From: Methanococcus maripaludis
Lineage (GTDB): Archaea; AGJL01; Methanococci; Methanococcales; Methanococcaceae
Reading direction: 5' to 3'
Length of the DNA stretch: 32,000 nt
Assembly (NCBI RefSeq): GCF_002945325.1
Contig: NZ_CP026606.1
Coordinates: forward strand, 570,001 to 602,000
Positions 17,345-28,337 of this stretch are shown here, one piece after another; the first letter of the stretch is position 1; each line of letters begins with the position of its first letter. The position numbers were made by a program, and so were the translations under genes. Under the pieces are notes generated by a model. That model had not been told where the DNA came from and ran no database searches. It worked only from the letters and a program-made list of their open reading frames with translations.

Positions 17345-18634
17345 TTAATTTATCAGTTTACCCGAAAGTCCGAAAGTCTTTGCACCAGTTATTTTAGCTC
17401 GCTTAAACTCACCGATTTTTGTAGGTTCTTCAAAAATTACATTTTTACAGTTGTCAGTGACTCCCATATTATCTTTGGTTACAAGTATTTCGAAAGTTTC
17501 ACCGATATGTCTTTTATTATTTTCGTAACTTAACTCCCGCCTTAATTCATTTAATATTTCAGACCGTTCTTTTCTTATTTTTGTATCAACCTGTTTTAAA
17601 ACAGCTGCTTTTGTGTATTTTCTCTGAGAATATTTTGCAGCATGGGTAAAGTCAGGTTTTATCTTTTTTACAATTTCAAGAGTGTTTTGAAATGCTTCTT
17701 CTGTTTCAGTTGGGAATCCAACAATTACATCGGTTGTAAAGTTTAAATTCTTAATTTTTGATTTAAATTCATTTAATACAGAAATGAATTCATCAACCGT
17801 GTAGTTTCTGTTCATATCTTTTAAAACCTGGTCATCACCACTTTGAATTGGAAGGTGGAGGAATTTTACGACCTTTTCAGACTTAAAAGATTCAATTAAT
17901 TCGTCAAGTATTGGTTCTGCGAATTTCGCGTGCATCATTCCAATTCTCATTGCAAATTTTTCAGGAATTTCTGAAATATCATTTATTAAATTTGAAAGGT
18001 TGTCGTTATTATCAAGCCCATAGCATGCCGTATCTTGAGCAGTTACAAGCAAACATTTTGTGCCAGTTTTTACAAGTTCTTCTGCCTTTTTAACAATTAA
18101 ATCTCGATCGTATGAAACTAAATTTCCTCTTGCACGTTTTACAATGCAGTAAGTACAACTTCCAAGGCATCCTTCACATATGGGTAGTGCGGTAATTAAT
18201 CCTTGCGAACTTACTTTTTTGATTTTTTCGTTTAATCTATCTTCAAAATTTAAATTTTGAGTTGATTCATTGTTTTTTTCAAAACAATCTTTTAAAAGTT
18301 TATCTTTCAAGATGTTTCCAGAATGCTGAGCTTCTCTTGGCATTATCAAAACATCTGCAAGATTTTCAATTTTTTTGGAAAGTGCTTTTGCCATGCATCC
18401 TGCTACGACAACTTTTTTATCCAATGATTTGAAATATTCTATTCGTGAAATCATTCTGTGTTCGGTTTCCTGCCTGACAATACAGGTATTTATGACAATT
18501 ATGTCAGAATCGTCCACATTATCGGTCAATTCAAAATCTTCAAATTCATTAACTGAATTTTTTATTATTTCAGTGTCTGCAGTGTTTAAAGTGCAGCCGT
18601 ATCCTTCAATGTAAATTTTCAATTTTATCACCAA
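17345..18634 (-). CDS. tRNA methylthiotransferase of the archaeal/eukaryotic CDKAL1-like (e-MtaB) type, radical SAM
   Basis: IYIEGYGCTLNTADTEII (UPF0004), CEGCLGSCTYCIVKRARGNL (CxxxCxxC radical SAM motif), LHLPIQSGDDQVLKDMNRNY, C-terminal TRAM-like region. Start is uncertain: TTG 18634 or GTG 18631. Confidence 0.93.
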   Translation of the reverse strand: MVIKLKIYIEGYGCTLNTADTEIIKNSVNEFEDFELTDNVDDSDIIVINTCIVRQETEHRMISRIEYFKSLDKKVVVAGCMAKALSKKIENLADVLIMPREAQHSGNILKDKLLKDCFEKNNESTQNLNFEDRLNEKIKKVSSQGLITALPICEGCLGSCTYCIVKRARGNLVSYDRDLIVKKAEELVKTGTKCLLVTAQDTACYGLDNNDNLSNLINDISEIPEKFAMRIGMMHAKFAEPILDELIESFKSEKVVKFLHLPIQSGDDQVLKDMNRNYTVDEFISVLNEFKSKIKNLNFTTDVIVGFPTETEEAFQNTLEIVKKIKPDFTHAAKYSQRKYTKAAVLKQVDTKIRKERSEILNELRRELSYENNKRHIGETFEILVTKDNMGVTDNCKNVIFEEPTKIGEFKRAKITGAKTFGLSGKLIN

Positions 18635-18657
18635 AATAAAAACCGGATGGTGGAGTT

Positions 18658-19161
18658 ATGAATGCAAGTGAAGCTGTTTATAAAGCAATACTAGATTCAG
18701 GGGTTGATTTTGTAACGAGTGTTCCTTGTGCAAATTTAAAAACTGTTTTAAATTACCTAAATGATAACAAAGATATTCAGCACATCCCAGTAACTCGTGA
18801 AGAGGAAGGAATCGGGGTTTGTGCTGGAGCGTATCTTGGAGGCAGAAAAACTGCGCTTTTGATGCAGAATTCTGGCCTTGGAAACTCCATAAATGCGATA
18901 GGTTCGTTAGTTAAAGTTTATAAAATCCCTATTTTAATTATAATAAGTCATCGGGGGGATTTAAAGGAAAAAATTTCTGCACAAATTCCTATGGGCCAGT
19001 GGACCAAAAAATTGCTTGAAACAGTTGAAATTCCATATTTCAGTCCAAAAACTCCTGATGAAGCGTATAAATTAATAAAAGATGCTTCAGAACTTTCCAT
19101 AAACATGGAATACCCTGTAGCGATACTTCTCGATGCACTTTACTGGGAACACGACAAATAA
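18658..19161 (+). CDS. comD: Sulfopyruvate decarboxylase subunit alpha (coenzyme M biosynthesis)
   Basis: VDFVTSVPCANLKTVLNYL...HIPVTREEEGIGVCAGAYLGGRKTALLMQNSGLGNSINAIGSL, the TPP-enzyme alpha-subunit pattern of ComD. Confidence 0.9.
   Translation: MNASEAVYKAILDSGVDFVTSVPCANLKTVLNYLNDNKDIQHIPVTREEEGIGVCAGAYLGGRKTALLMQNSGLGNSINAIGSLVKVYKIPILIIISHRGDLKEKISAQIPMGQWTKKLLETVEIPYFSPKTPDEAYKLIKDASELSINMEYPVAILLDALYWEHDK
18677..18684 (-). promoter_or_regulatory. Candidate TATA box TTTATAAA for the divergent methylthiotransferase gene, inside comD coding sequence
   Basis: TTTATAAA about 45-50 nt upstream of the minus-strand start and 20 nt into comD. Confidence 0.35.
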
Positions 19162-19228
19162 TCGAATTTAGTATATCTTTTCCTTTTTTCTAATTTTAAT
19201 TAAAAAATAGTTAATTATTTTATTTTAA

Positions 19229-20110
<882 letters not shown>

Positions 20111-20223
20111 TTATAAAATAATATTTACCGAAAAGTTAATGTGTTTTATGAATCTTAAAAAATCTATCAAAAGAGTATTTTATATTATAATTTATAATTA
20201 TCGGTAAGTTTTGAGGTAAAACC

Positions 20224-21384
20224 ATGGAAGACATTATTGTGATAGGTTCTGGTGTTGGGGGAAGTACAGTATTTAAAGAGTTAAAAGAGGCGTTTCCAGA
20301 CCAGAATATAAGACTGATTGAAAGTGGAAGTGATCCTTTCTATGTATCCGAAGGAGAAAATGTTGAAGTAATCTATGCAAATTCATTTGGTGGAACAGGC
20401 GTTTATTCTGTTGCAAATGCAGTTCGAATTGATTTAAAAGAGTTCAATATTTCAAAAAAAGATCCAATATATGAAAAAATTGAAAAAGAGTTATCAATTT
20501 CAGACGTTCCTGATGATTACTTAAGAAAAAATTCAAAAAAACTTTTAGAATCAGGTTTTTCAAAAACTCCAAAATTTATTAACTTTGAACTCTGTAAAAA
20601 CTGCGGGCTCTGTGCACATGATCCATGTGATGCTAAATGGATACCCTGTGACTTTTTGAGAAAATACAACGACGATATTGTAACAGACACGATTGTAATG
20701 AAATTAGCAAAACAGGACGGCATTTTTTCGATAGTAGCACTCGATAAAAAAAGTGGAGAAATTAGGATTTACCGATCAAAACAGGTAATTGTATCTGCTG
20801 GAGCAATAAATTCACCAAGAATTTTAAAAACTATATTAAATAATGAAGAAATTGGTAAAAATTTGTATATTGACACTTTTGTAACAGTAGGTGGAATTTT
20901 AAAAGATTCAAAGTTAAAATCTGAAGTTTCAATGGCGATAAACAAAAAATACGATGATTTTATACTTGCAACCCATTATTCAGAATTACTGCATAAAAGA
21001 ATTTCAGAATTTGAAGAAGTAAATAAAAACGACGTATTCGGCCTAATGGTAAAAATTAAAGATGAAAATACAGGAGAAGTATTTGAAAACAGCGTAAAAA
21101 AAGAAATGTCAATGAATGATACGAGAACTTTGTGTGAAGGCGTTTCGAAAGCTTCAAAATACCTTTATAATTTAGGAATTGAAAATATTTATTCAACAGT
21201 TCCAAGAGGCTCGCACCCCGGAGGAACGTGTGCAGTTGGAAAAGTCGTTAATAAAAACCTTGAAACAGAAATTGAAGGATTATACGTGTGTGATGCATCA
21301 GTAATTCCAAAAGCACCGGGAGCTCCGCCAATTTTGGGAATTATGGCAATTTCAAATAAATTTGTTGAAAATTTGAAAAAATAG
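20224..21384 (+). CDS. GMC-type oxidoreductase-like flavoprotein
   Basis: MEDIIVIGSGVGGSTVFKEL (Rossmann FAD motif), CKNCGLCAHDPCDAKWIPCDF Cys cluster, SKQVIVSAGAINSPRIL, GSHPGGTCAVGKVVNKNLETEIEGLYVCDASVIPKAPGAPPILGIMA (GMC C-terminal pattern). SD GAGGT. Confidence 0.85.
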   Translation: MEDIIVIGSGVGGSTVFKELKEAFPDQNIRLIESGSDPFYVSEGENVEVIYANSFGGTGVYSVANAVRIDLKEFNISKKDPIYEKIEKELSISDVPDDYLRKNSKKLLESGFSKTPKFINFELCKNCGLCAHDPCDAKWIPCDFLRKYNDDIVTDTIVMKLAKQDGIFSIVALDKKSGEIRIYRSKQVIVSAGAINSPRILKTILNNEEIGKNLYIDTFVTVGGILKDSKLKSEVSMAINKKYDDFILATHYSELLHKRISEFEEVNKNDVFGLMVKIKDENTGEVFENSVKKEMSMNDTRTLCEGVSKASKYLYNLGIENIYSTVPRGSHPGGTCAVGKVVNKNLETEIEGLYVCDASVIPKAPGAPPILGIMAISNKFVENLKK

Positions 21385-21405
21385 TTTTAAATTTTTTATT
21401 TTTAT

Positions 21406-22326
21406 TTAATTTTTTAATTTCAGAAGAATTTCATTTATTAATTTATCGAGATTTATCCCTTTTAAAACATCAATAACAGGTATCGCGAGTTCTTTTGACA
21501 TTTTTTCAATCGATTCTTCCAAATTTTCTTCACGCATGCATCTTGAATTTAGAGTAACTGCAATTACGGGTTTTCCACTTAAAAGTTCTATTGCAGAAAT
21601 ATTCTTTTTTATAATTTCTAAATCTTGTGTATCGGATGCTAAAATTGTAAAATCAGGTTTTGAACCAAATAAAACCGCAATACTAATTAAACCGCCACCT
21701 CTTCCAGTTCCAACCTCTAAGGTGTCTGCAAATATCCCAGTTTGACTTGAAACAATAATTAAATCCCTGTTTTTAGTATCAAGTTTTTTTACCGCCCCAA
21801 ATATCGTTGATGCACAGTGGCAGGTTTCTATCGTCTGAGGAACCACCATTTCATCAATACCGCAAATTAAAGACTGCGGTTCTGTTCCAACAATTCCCAA
21901 ATTAATTCTTTTTTCAAGTTCTTTTTTTAAAATCATGCAGGTTGTGAATTTTCCAGACTGTCTGCTTGTTCCCATGATTGTCATTACTTTTGTATTAACC
22001 CCATCAAGTCCACTTTTTGCATAAGCTTGTAGTTCATCGTATTTTTTAGGATTTGATGAATCATAGTATTTTACACCATATTTCAAAGCTAAGTCTTTTA
22101 AATCATCGTTTTCCCCAACCCTGCACAGTCTTGCCATGTTGTAGATATTATTTCCTTTCTTAATTTCTTCTTCAATTGTTTTTTTCCAAATTTTTACGTC
22201 TTCTGGGCCAAGTATTTCTTTAGTCCATATAAATGTATCGTAATTTAACTCATCTATAAGCGTATTTCCAAAAAGACGGATTCCATTGGCCACCTTATCA
22301 TGATGAGACAGATTTACCCGTTTCAT
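21406..22326 (-). CDS. DUF1611-type P-loop protein
   Basis: VNTKVMTIMGTSRQSGKFTTCMILKKELEKR (P-loop-like), YDSSNPKKYDELQAYAKSG, GSKPDFTILASDTQDLEIIKK, resembling the DUF1611 family. Confidence 0.65.
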   Translation of the reverse strand: MKRVNLSHHDKVANGIRLFGNTLIDELNYDTFIWTKEILGPEDVKIWKKTIEEEIKKGNNIYNMARLCRVGENDDLKDLALKYGVKYYDSSNPKKYDELQAYAKSGLDGVNTKVMTIMGTSRQSGKFTTCMILKKELEKRINLGIVGTEPQSLICGIDEMVVPQTIETCHCASTIFGAVKKLDTKNRDLIIVSSQTGIFADTLEVGTGRGGGLISIAVLFGSKPDFTILASDTQDLEIIKKNISAIELLSGKPVIAVTLNSRCMREENLEESIEKMSKELAIPVIDVLKGINLDKLINEILLKLKN

Positions 22327-22484
22327 ATATCATTCAACCGCTGATTTTTTGTCTAAAAAAATATTAGTATTTAAAGCTTTCTATTTGAAATCGATAGTTT
22401 ATTTAATAAATTTAAAATCTAATATACAATTGAGTATTTAATTTAAATACCTTTTGGGATTATTAAAGACAACAGGAGAATAAA

Positions 22485-22898
22485 ATGGAAAAAATCAAAG
22501 AAATAATTGTTAAAAATATTATGAGCAGTGACGTGGTTTCAGTTAGCCCTGAGTCAGGTGTGGTTGAAGCATTTGAAGCCCTTTTAAAAAATAAAATAAG
22601 TTGTCTGCCTGTTGTAAATCAAAACAACGAAACAATCGGTATTGTAACGACTACAGACATAGGATATAACTTAATTATCGATGAATATACTTTAGAAACC
22701 ACAATAGCAGATGTTATGACAAAAAAAGTTGTAACGATCAAACAGGACGAATCTGCAGTTGATGCTTTGAAAAAGATGGATCTTCACGGAGATGGAAGAG
22801 AAATCATAAACCAGTTACCGGTAATTAACAGCGAAAATAAACTTGTTGGAATACTTTCCGACGGAGATATTTTAAGGGCGATCTCAAAACTATGCTAA
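22485..22898 (+). CDS. Stand-alone tandem CBS-domain protein
   Basis: [51 protein letters not shown] and [55 protein letters not shown]. Confidence 0.93.
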   Translation: MEKIKEIIVKNIMSSDVVSVSPESGVVEAFEALLKNKISCLPVVNQNNETIGIVTTTDIGYNLIIDEYTLETTIADVMTKKVVTIKQDESAVDALKKMDLHGDGREIINQLPVINSENKLVGILSDGDILRAISKLC

Positions 22899-22912
22899 AA
22901 TCCCCACTTTAG

Positions 22913-23683
22913 TTACATTTTATTAATCCAATCTATATTATTTGACAGTACACACCGTGCTACAGATACAAAATCGGCATATTCAAGTATTTCTTTTGCA
23001 CTTTCAACAGAATTAACCGAATTGTTGCCAATTATTATTTTTTCGGGGAAATTTTCCCTAATTTTTTTCAGGTATTCTAAATCCGCATGATTTTTTCCAG
23101 GATTAAAACAGTCGATGTGTATTCCATCAAAATATACTCTAACTTTATCAAGCGATTTTATTAATTCTTCGGCTTTTAAAAAATTAGCCCGTAATTTTAA
23201 AAAAATAGGAATTTCTAAATTTAATTTGTGAATATTTTTTAAAAAATCAATTAATTTAGATTCATTTTCGAATTTTAATAAATTCTGTCCAAGTTTCAGA
23301 TCAGTTATTTCAGGCTGCCTGCAGTGGCAGTTTAATTCCAAAATATCTGCATTTTTTGAAATTTCGATTATATGAGATTCTGCTTTAGAAAAATCGTTAA
23401 AACGGATATTTACAGAAACTAAAGAATTACTTTTTTTTGCTTTTTCAATTTCAAAACTTATTTTTTCGTCAATTTCACTTAACTCATAAATAAATTCTTT
23501 TCTTCCGCGATTTTGAATTTTTTTACTTGCCAAATCTGTGTCAAAATCTAAATTAAATGCACCAAGGCACACGATTCCAAAAGTATCATTATATTTTAAA
23601 CAAAAATCGCCATCAGTAATCCCGGCCATTGGAGCAAGGACTATTTTTTTTGGAATCTTGTAAATTTTATCTAATTTTTTCAT
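22913..23683 (-). CDS. Archaeal NifR3/dihydrouridine-synthase-related TIM-barrel protein
   Basis: KKIVLAPMAGITDGDFCLKY (Dus/NifR3 N-terminal motif), ILELNCHCRQPEI in place of NxGCP, IHIDCFNPGKNHADLEYLKKI, IIGNNSVNSVESAKEILEYADFVSVARCVL. Confidence 0.8.
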   Translation of the reverse strand: MKKLDKIYKIPKKIVLAPMAGITDGDFCLKYNDTFGIVCLGAFNLDFDTDLASKKIQNRGRKEFIYELSEIDEKISFEIEKAKKSNSLVSVNIRFNDFSKAESHIIEISKNADILELNCHCRQPEITDLKLGQNLLKFENESKLIDFLKNIHKLNLEIPIFLKLRANFLKAEELIKSLDKVRVYFDGIHIDCFNPGKNHADLEYLKKIRENFPEKIIIGNNSVNSVESAKEILEYADFVSVARCVLSNNIDWINKM

Positions 23684-23712
23684 AAAATATCCCAGATAAA
23701 AAAAGAATTAGT

Positions 23713-24513
23713 TTAAATTGGGCACATGTAGTTGTAAGGTACATTTTTTTGTTCATCGATTTCCTGCTTCAAGGTGTAAACCTGGGAATCAGTTTTTCCC
23801 TCTCGAATAACTTCTAAACCGATATCTGCAAGGTTTGATGCATCTTCTGCAGTTTTTCCAATACCAATACCTGCTTTTAATTCAATACCACAGGAATCTT
23901 TTATGTCTTCAAACATGCAAAGGAAATCTTTTTCGTTCATTCCATTACATGGACACATAAAGTTGTCCCCACCAATGAAAAAGCCCAGTGAATCGTATTT
24001 TTTAAGTTCTTCCATCAATTTAAGCTTTGTTTTTTGTACTGAAAGATAAGTATCGTATGCAGTTTCAAGATCGGTTAATTTACCAGTTATATCATTTATA
24101 TCAACGTGTGCAAGTTGCACATAGCCATTTGATACAAATTCATTAGCTACATCCAAGACTTCTTTTCTAACGTCGTCTTGTGCACTGCCGTATTCTTGAA
24201 TCGTTTCTGTTGCAAGTTTTTGAGCTTCGTATGCAGTTTCTGCTGAAGCTACCGCCATGCTGACAGTAAATGGATACCTATTTTTTACACTATTTTGAAT
24301 TCTTTTGTGGGTTTCTAAATCAATTCCGTTTGTAATTGCAATAATATTGTCAAATCTTGTGTAAAATGCAAGACCTTTGTGTGCTCCAAATTGCAAGTTC
24401 ATATCGCAGTAAAGTCTTGATTGAAGTGCCTGTAAGTCACTTTCTCTTCTTGGATTGGGGGTAACTGTCCATGGACCGTAATTATCAATTTGTACAACGG
24501 TTATTTGAATCAT
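23713..24513 (-). CDS. arfA: GTP cyclohydrolase III (GTP cyclohydrolase IIa, ArfA family)
   Basis: [65 protein letters not shown]...[13 protein letters not shown]. True start likely ATG 24513; the track ORF is extended to 24585. Confidence 0.95.
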   Translation of the reverse strand: MIQITVVQIDNYGPWTVTPNPRRESDLQALQSRLYCDMNLQFGAHKGLAFYTRFDNIIAITNGIDLETHKRIQNSVKNRYPFTVSMAVASAETAYEAQKLATETIQEYGSAQDDVRKEVLDVANEFVSNGYVQLAHVDINDITGKLTDLETAYDTYLSVQKTKLKLMEELKKYDSLGFFIGGDNFMCPCNGMNEKDFLCMFEDIKDSCGIELKAGIGIGKTAEDASNLADIGLEVIREGKTDSQVYTLKQEIDEQKNVPYNYMCPI

Positions 24514-24618
24514 TATTATCTCCTTTATTAATCCGCTAACTTTCCAGTTTACGAAGCAATAACCTGACATTAACCTAATGCTCAATAAATATATTACTCA
24601 ATAATATTTTTAATATCA

Positions 24619-25548
24619 CTATTTGGATTTATAATAGTCAAGGATATTTCTTGCGAGATTTATTTTATCTTCAATAGTCTTCATTATCGTATTAGCATAT
24701 AAAACTTCACAATTTATTTCTTTCTTTTTGTTAATATCTTTATTGTCTAAAACTAAAACATCTACAATATCTTTATAATATTCATAAACTCCAACTGCAT
24801 TCACAGGGTAGCCTTTTGCATGCATTAGCGTTCCAGCAGGTCCACTTACAGGATTTTCACCAACTATTGGCGAAACTGCAAAAACCAGCTTTTCTTTTAA
24901 TGCATTTTTTATCTCGGAAATGCTTAAAATTGGCCCAATTGATGTTATCGGGTTTGATGGACCAATAATCACAAAATCGCTTTCTTTAATTGCTTTCAAA
25001 ACCCCAACTGCAGCTTTTGCATAATTTGAGTTTTCGTAGAATATATCTAAAACTTTTGCATTTCCACGTCTTGACACCCAAAAATCGTGAAATTTCAGAA
25101 GGATTTTTTCATTATTTTCTTCGATTAAAACTTTGGATTCAATTTTTTCATTTGACATTGGATAAATCTTTGAGTTTATTGATAAAGATTTTCGTTCAAT
25201 ATCCACTATTTCAGACATTGGTACTCCTTTTTTCAAAAGAGATGTTTTATGCATTTTTAATGCTCGATCTTTGTCTCCTATCCTCAAAACTTCATCAAAT
25301 CCAAAATTTTTAAGCTGTTCATGACAGAAGAAAGTATCTCCCTTTAGCCCATACCAAGTTTCGTCGTTTATCAGGTTAGAAAACGTGTATAAAACAGTGT
25401 CAATATCAGGTGACAGGTAAATATCACCAATATATGTATCTTCACCAGTGTTTACAATAACGGAAATATCTTCGTTTGGAAGAATTTCTTTAAAACCCTG
25501 AATTAATTTTGGGGTTCCTGTTCCGCCTGAAAGAATAGTTATTTTCAT
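24619..25548 (-). CDS. cofD: 2-phospho-L-lactate transferase (coenzyme F420 biosynthesis)
   Basis: MKITILSGGTGTPKLIQGFKEI...VIVNTGEDTYIGDIYLSPDIDTVLYTFSNLI...GPSNPITSIGPILSI...VAVSPIVG-type motifs. Start at ATG 25548; the track ORF is extended to 25587. Confidence 0.96.
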   Translation of the reverse strand: MKITILSGGTGTPKLIQGFKEILPNEDISVIVNTGEDTYIGDIYLSPDIDTVLYTFSNLINDETWYGLKGDTFFCHEQLKNFGFDEVLRIGDKDRALKMHKTSLLKKGVPMSEIVDIERKSLSINSKIYPMSNEKIESKVLIEENNEKILLKFHDFWVSRRGNAKVLDIFYENSNYAKAAVGVLKAIKESDFVIIGPSNPITSIGPILSISEIKNALKEKLVFAVSPIVGENPVSGPAGTLMHAKGYPVNAVGVYEYYKDIVDVLVLDNKDINKKKEINCEVLYANTIMKTIEDKINLARNILDYYKSK

Positions 25549-25567
25549 AATTTTCACTTTTTTAAAT

Positions 25568-26653
25568 TTAAAGTCCATTTTCCACAATATCCATTACCTT
25601 ATCAGTTCCACTGTTTTTAAGGTACAGATTCATCAATTTCTTGGAATTTTCATAATATTTTGTAGTTGAAATCATTTTTTCAAGTGATTCTTCCAAGTTA
25701 CTATCGATAGTATTGTATGAAAGTGCAATTCCGCATTCCATGTCAGATATTTTTTTCGCGTTGTTTTCCTGTTCCGGGTGATCCAAATCAGGAATAGTTA
25801 TTACAGGTTTTCCAAAACAAGAAGCTTCCATTAGTGTCGAGTGTCCACCATGACATACTACGAATGAGCATTTTTTTAAAAGTTCATCCATATTTGTAGT
25901 TAAAGGGATTACTTCAACATTTTTAGATTTTATTTTTTCAAGTTTTTCTGCTACATCATAACTTCCGCAGACCATCTTTACTTTTAATCCTTTTTTAGCA
26001 GAAATCTTGTTTAAAAGCTCCAATATTTTATATCGATATTCAAATCCACCTATCACACATAAAATATAGCCTTCGTCACTAATTTCTTCAGGAACTACAT
26101 CATAACGAATTAAAGGACCGATAAATGAAAGATTTTCTAACAATTTTAAGTTATATTCGCACACCGTATAAGGCAGTGGAAAATCTGGAATTATTACTTT
26201 TTCTGCAGATTTGTTTATAACATTTAATATTTCCATTACTGGATATACAATGTATTTTTCCTTTTTATCAGTTTTAGTGCAGTTTTGATTCGTTATTATA
26301 TAATAAGGCTTTTTTAAAACCTTTGATGCAACAACTGAACTATATTTACAGTCTGAAATTACCAGATCTGGATCATAACCTTTTATTATGTCCATTTCTT
26401 TTTTTATCGCCCGTGCAGGGTGATAATCACTGTTGAATATACTCTTTTTAACATCAAACTTACCGTTTTTCCCAGAAAGCCTTATTTCAGGATATGTTTC
26501 AAAAACATCTCCCCCTGACATTTCAACAAAATCCTTACTTTTGCCGTATGCTGCATATTTGACTTCGTGTTTTTTTGAAAGTTCATTTCCAATTGCAATA
26601 CAGCGCGTGGTGTGTCCAAACCCTTCACCACATATAGAAATAAGTATTTTCAT
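25568..26653 (-). CDS. MurG/GT28-like glycosyltransferase family protein
   Basis: MKILISICGEGFGHTTRCIAIGNELSKKHEV...VVCHGGHSTLMEASCFGKPVITIPDLDHPEQENNAKKISDMECGIAL. ATG 26653 with GGTGA SD. Lies directly upstream of cofD. Confidence 0.88.
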   Translation of the reverse strand: MKILISICGEGFGHTTRCIAIGNELSKKHEVKYAAYGKSKDFVEMSGGDVFETYPEIRLSGKNGKFDVKKSIFNSDYHPARAIKKEMDIIKGYDPDLVISDCKYSSVVASKVLKKPYYIITNQNCTKTDKKEKYIVYPVMEILNVINKSAEKVIIPDFPLPYTVCEYNLKLLENLSFIGPLIRYDVVPEEISDEGYILCVIGGFEYRYKILELLNKISAKKGLKVKMVCGSYDVAEKLEKIKSKNVEVIPLTTNMDELLKKCSFVVCHGGHSTLMEASCFGKPVITIPDLDHPEQENNAKKISDMECGIALSYNTIDSNLEESLEKMISTTKYYENSKKLMNLYLKNSGTDKVMDIVENGL

Positions 26654-26957
26654 AATATTCACCTAAATAAGCCCAAATAGTTATAAAATACCCTGGTTTC
26701 GAAAATAACCTAATTCAACACTGTAATTCTTAAAAAGGGGTAAAAATTAAAAATCGGATTTTCTGATATTTTCAATTTAGATAGCCTAAAACATCCACAC
26801 CATACTTGTTCGATTTCAATTTAACAATTATACTATATTAATAAATCCTTAATCCAAACATTGGAATTTATGATTTAAACGAGTACATTTAAACCCCATA
26901 TAGTTTACTATTGTAAAAAATATATTTTAAAAAAATAAGTTTTAGAGGATAAATCAT

Positions 26958-28319
26958 TTAAATTGATCCATCTAAGTCTTCTGAAAGAGCAATCTTATTA
27001 ATTCTGCCAATTTTTACTTTCCTAACCATTCCTCTCTGTTCAAGATCAGAAATCATTCTTGAAACTTTTGGTTTGGTAAGTCCAGTTACATCAACGATTT
27101 CTTTTTGAGAAATTGACCCGTGCTCTCTAATTAATTCAATAAGCTGTTTTTCGTCATCCGTTAATATATTCATTAATGTTTCACTTTTATGGGACTCGTA
27201 ATCTCCGATTTTTTCTTTCAATTCAATAATATATCTTTCTTTTTCACCAATGAGTCCATTTAATTCATTAATTTTTAATTTAAGTTCTTCAGATAATTTT
27301 TTGTAATCATTTAAACTTTTGATCACTGCATCTTTTGAATTTAATTCTTCTTTTAATTTTGTATGGTTTCCAACCTGATCCCTACACTGCAATATTTCTT
27401 CATTTAATTCATTAATTTTTAATTCATAATCTTTTAATTTATTTTTTGATAAATCCAATTCTTTTAAAACGTGTTCGTTTAATTCTTCTAACCTTTGAAG
27501 TTCCTTATTTTTATTTTGTAAATTAAGATGCGATATTTCAAGGCCTTTGTTTAACCCATTTATCTCGTTTTGAAGTTCATTTATCATTTTTACTTTATTA
27601 TAATTCCGATATATAAAAAATATCAATGCAACAACGAGTACCGCTAAAACAATGCTTACTGCACGGTATAAATCTTCGTTATTTTCGCCAGTCGTTGAAG
27701 GAGTAATTACGCCAGTTAGTACATAATTTATAGTAACTTCAAAATATTTTTCTTCTGATGTTAATTCTTTTTCCCATTCTACAAATATACTTTTACCATT
27801 CGTTCCAACAGTATAATCCCTAGGACTTATACTTAAAACATCTTTTACAGGCGAAACGATGGCTGCCCCTTCGGGAAGCTGTACTGAGAGCTTGAAATTT
27901 GAATCAAATGCAGGAACTATGATATATACCTGTTTTTTTCCGCCGATATCAGAAACTTCCCCTGTAAAACTAACCAGTAAATCCCCAGTCTGCCACGGAC
28001 CAATTGGTTCAGTTAATTTGACACTAACTTCGGTTGCACCTGCATCATCGGTAGTTATCGAATAAGAATCTATTTCTTTTGAAGAATTAAATGTTAAATT
28101 TGAAGTTTCCTGGGGAATTGTATAACTAATTTCGTATAAATCATCAGAATTGTTGTTGTAAATTTTCAAATTTATTTCTTCATAAAAATTATCGTTTTGA
28201 TCTATTGAATATATCACAGAATAATCGTCAAAACGGTACGAATCAACTGCACTTATAGAGCAGAACATTAGCGCGACTAATAAATACAGCTTATAATTAT
28301 TTAAAATTGGCTTTGACAT
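26958..28319 (-). CDS. Membrane-anchored protein with extracytoplasmic domain, coiled coil and C-terminal winged helix-turn-helix
   Basis: N-terminal hydrophobic signal (YLLVALMFCSISAVDS), TM AVSIVLAVLVVALIFFIYRNY, long coiled coil (KMINELQNEINGLNKG...LKEKIGDYES), C-terminal LTDDEKQLIELIREHGSISQKEIVDVTGLTKPKVSRMISDLEQRGMVRKVKIGRINKIAL (MarR/IclR-like wHTH). Confidence 0.88.
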   Translation of the reverse strand: MSKPILNNYKLYLLVALMFCSISAVDSYRFDDYSVIYSIDQNDNFYEEINLKIYNNNSDDLYEISYTIPQETSNLTFNSSKEIDSYSITTDDAGATEVSVKLTEPIGPWQTGDLLVSFTGEVSDIGGKKQVYIIVPAFDSNFKLSVQLPEGAAIVSPVKDVLSISPRDYTVGTNGKSIFVEWEKELTSEEKYFEVTINYVLTGVITPSTTGENNEDLYRAVSIVLAVLVVALIFFIYRNYNKVKMINELQNEINGLNKGLEISHLNLQNKNKELQRLEELNEHVLKELDLSKNKLKDYELKINELNEEILQCRDQVGNHTKLKEELNSKDAVIKSLNDYKKLSEELKLKINELNGLIGEKERYIIELKEKIGDYESHKSETLMNILTDDEKQLIELIREHGSISQKEIVDVTGLTKPKVSRMISDLEQRGMVRKVKIGRINKIALSEDLDGSI

Positions 28320-28337
28320 TGTATCTTACCTAAAAGT

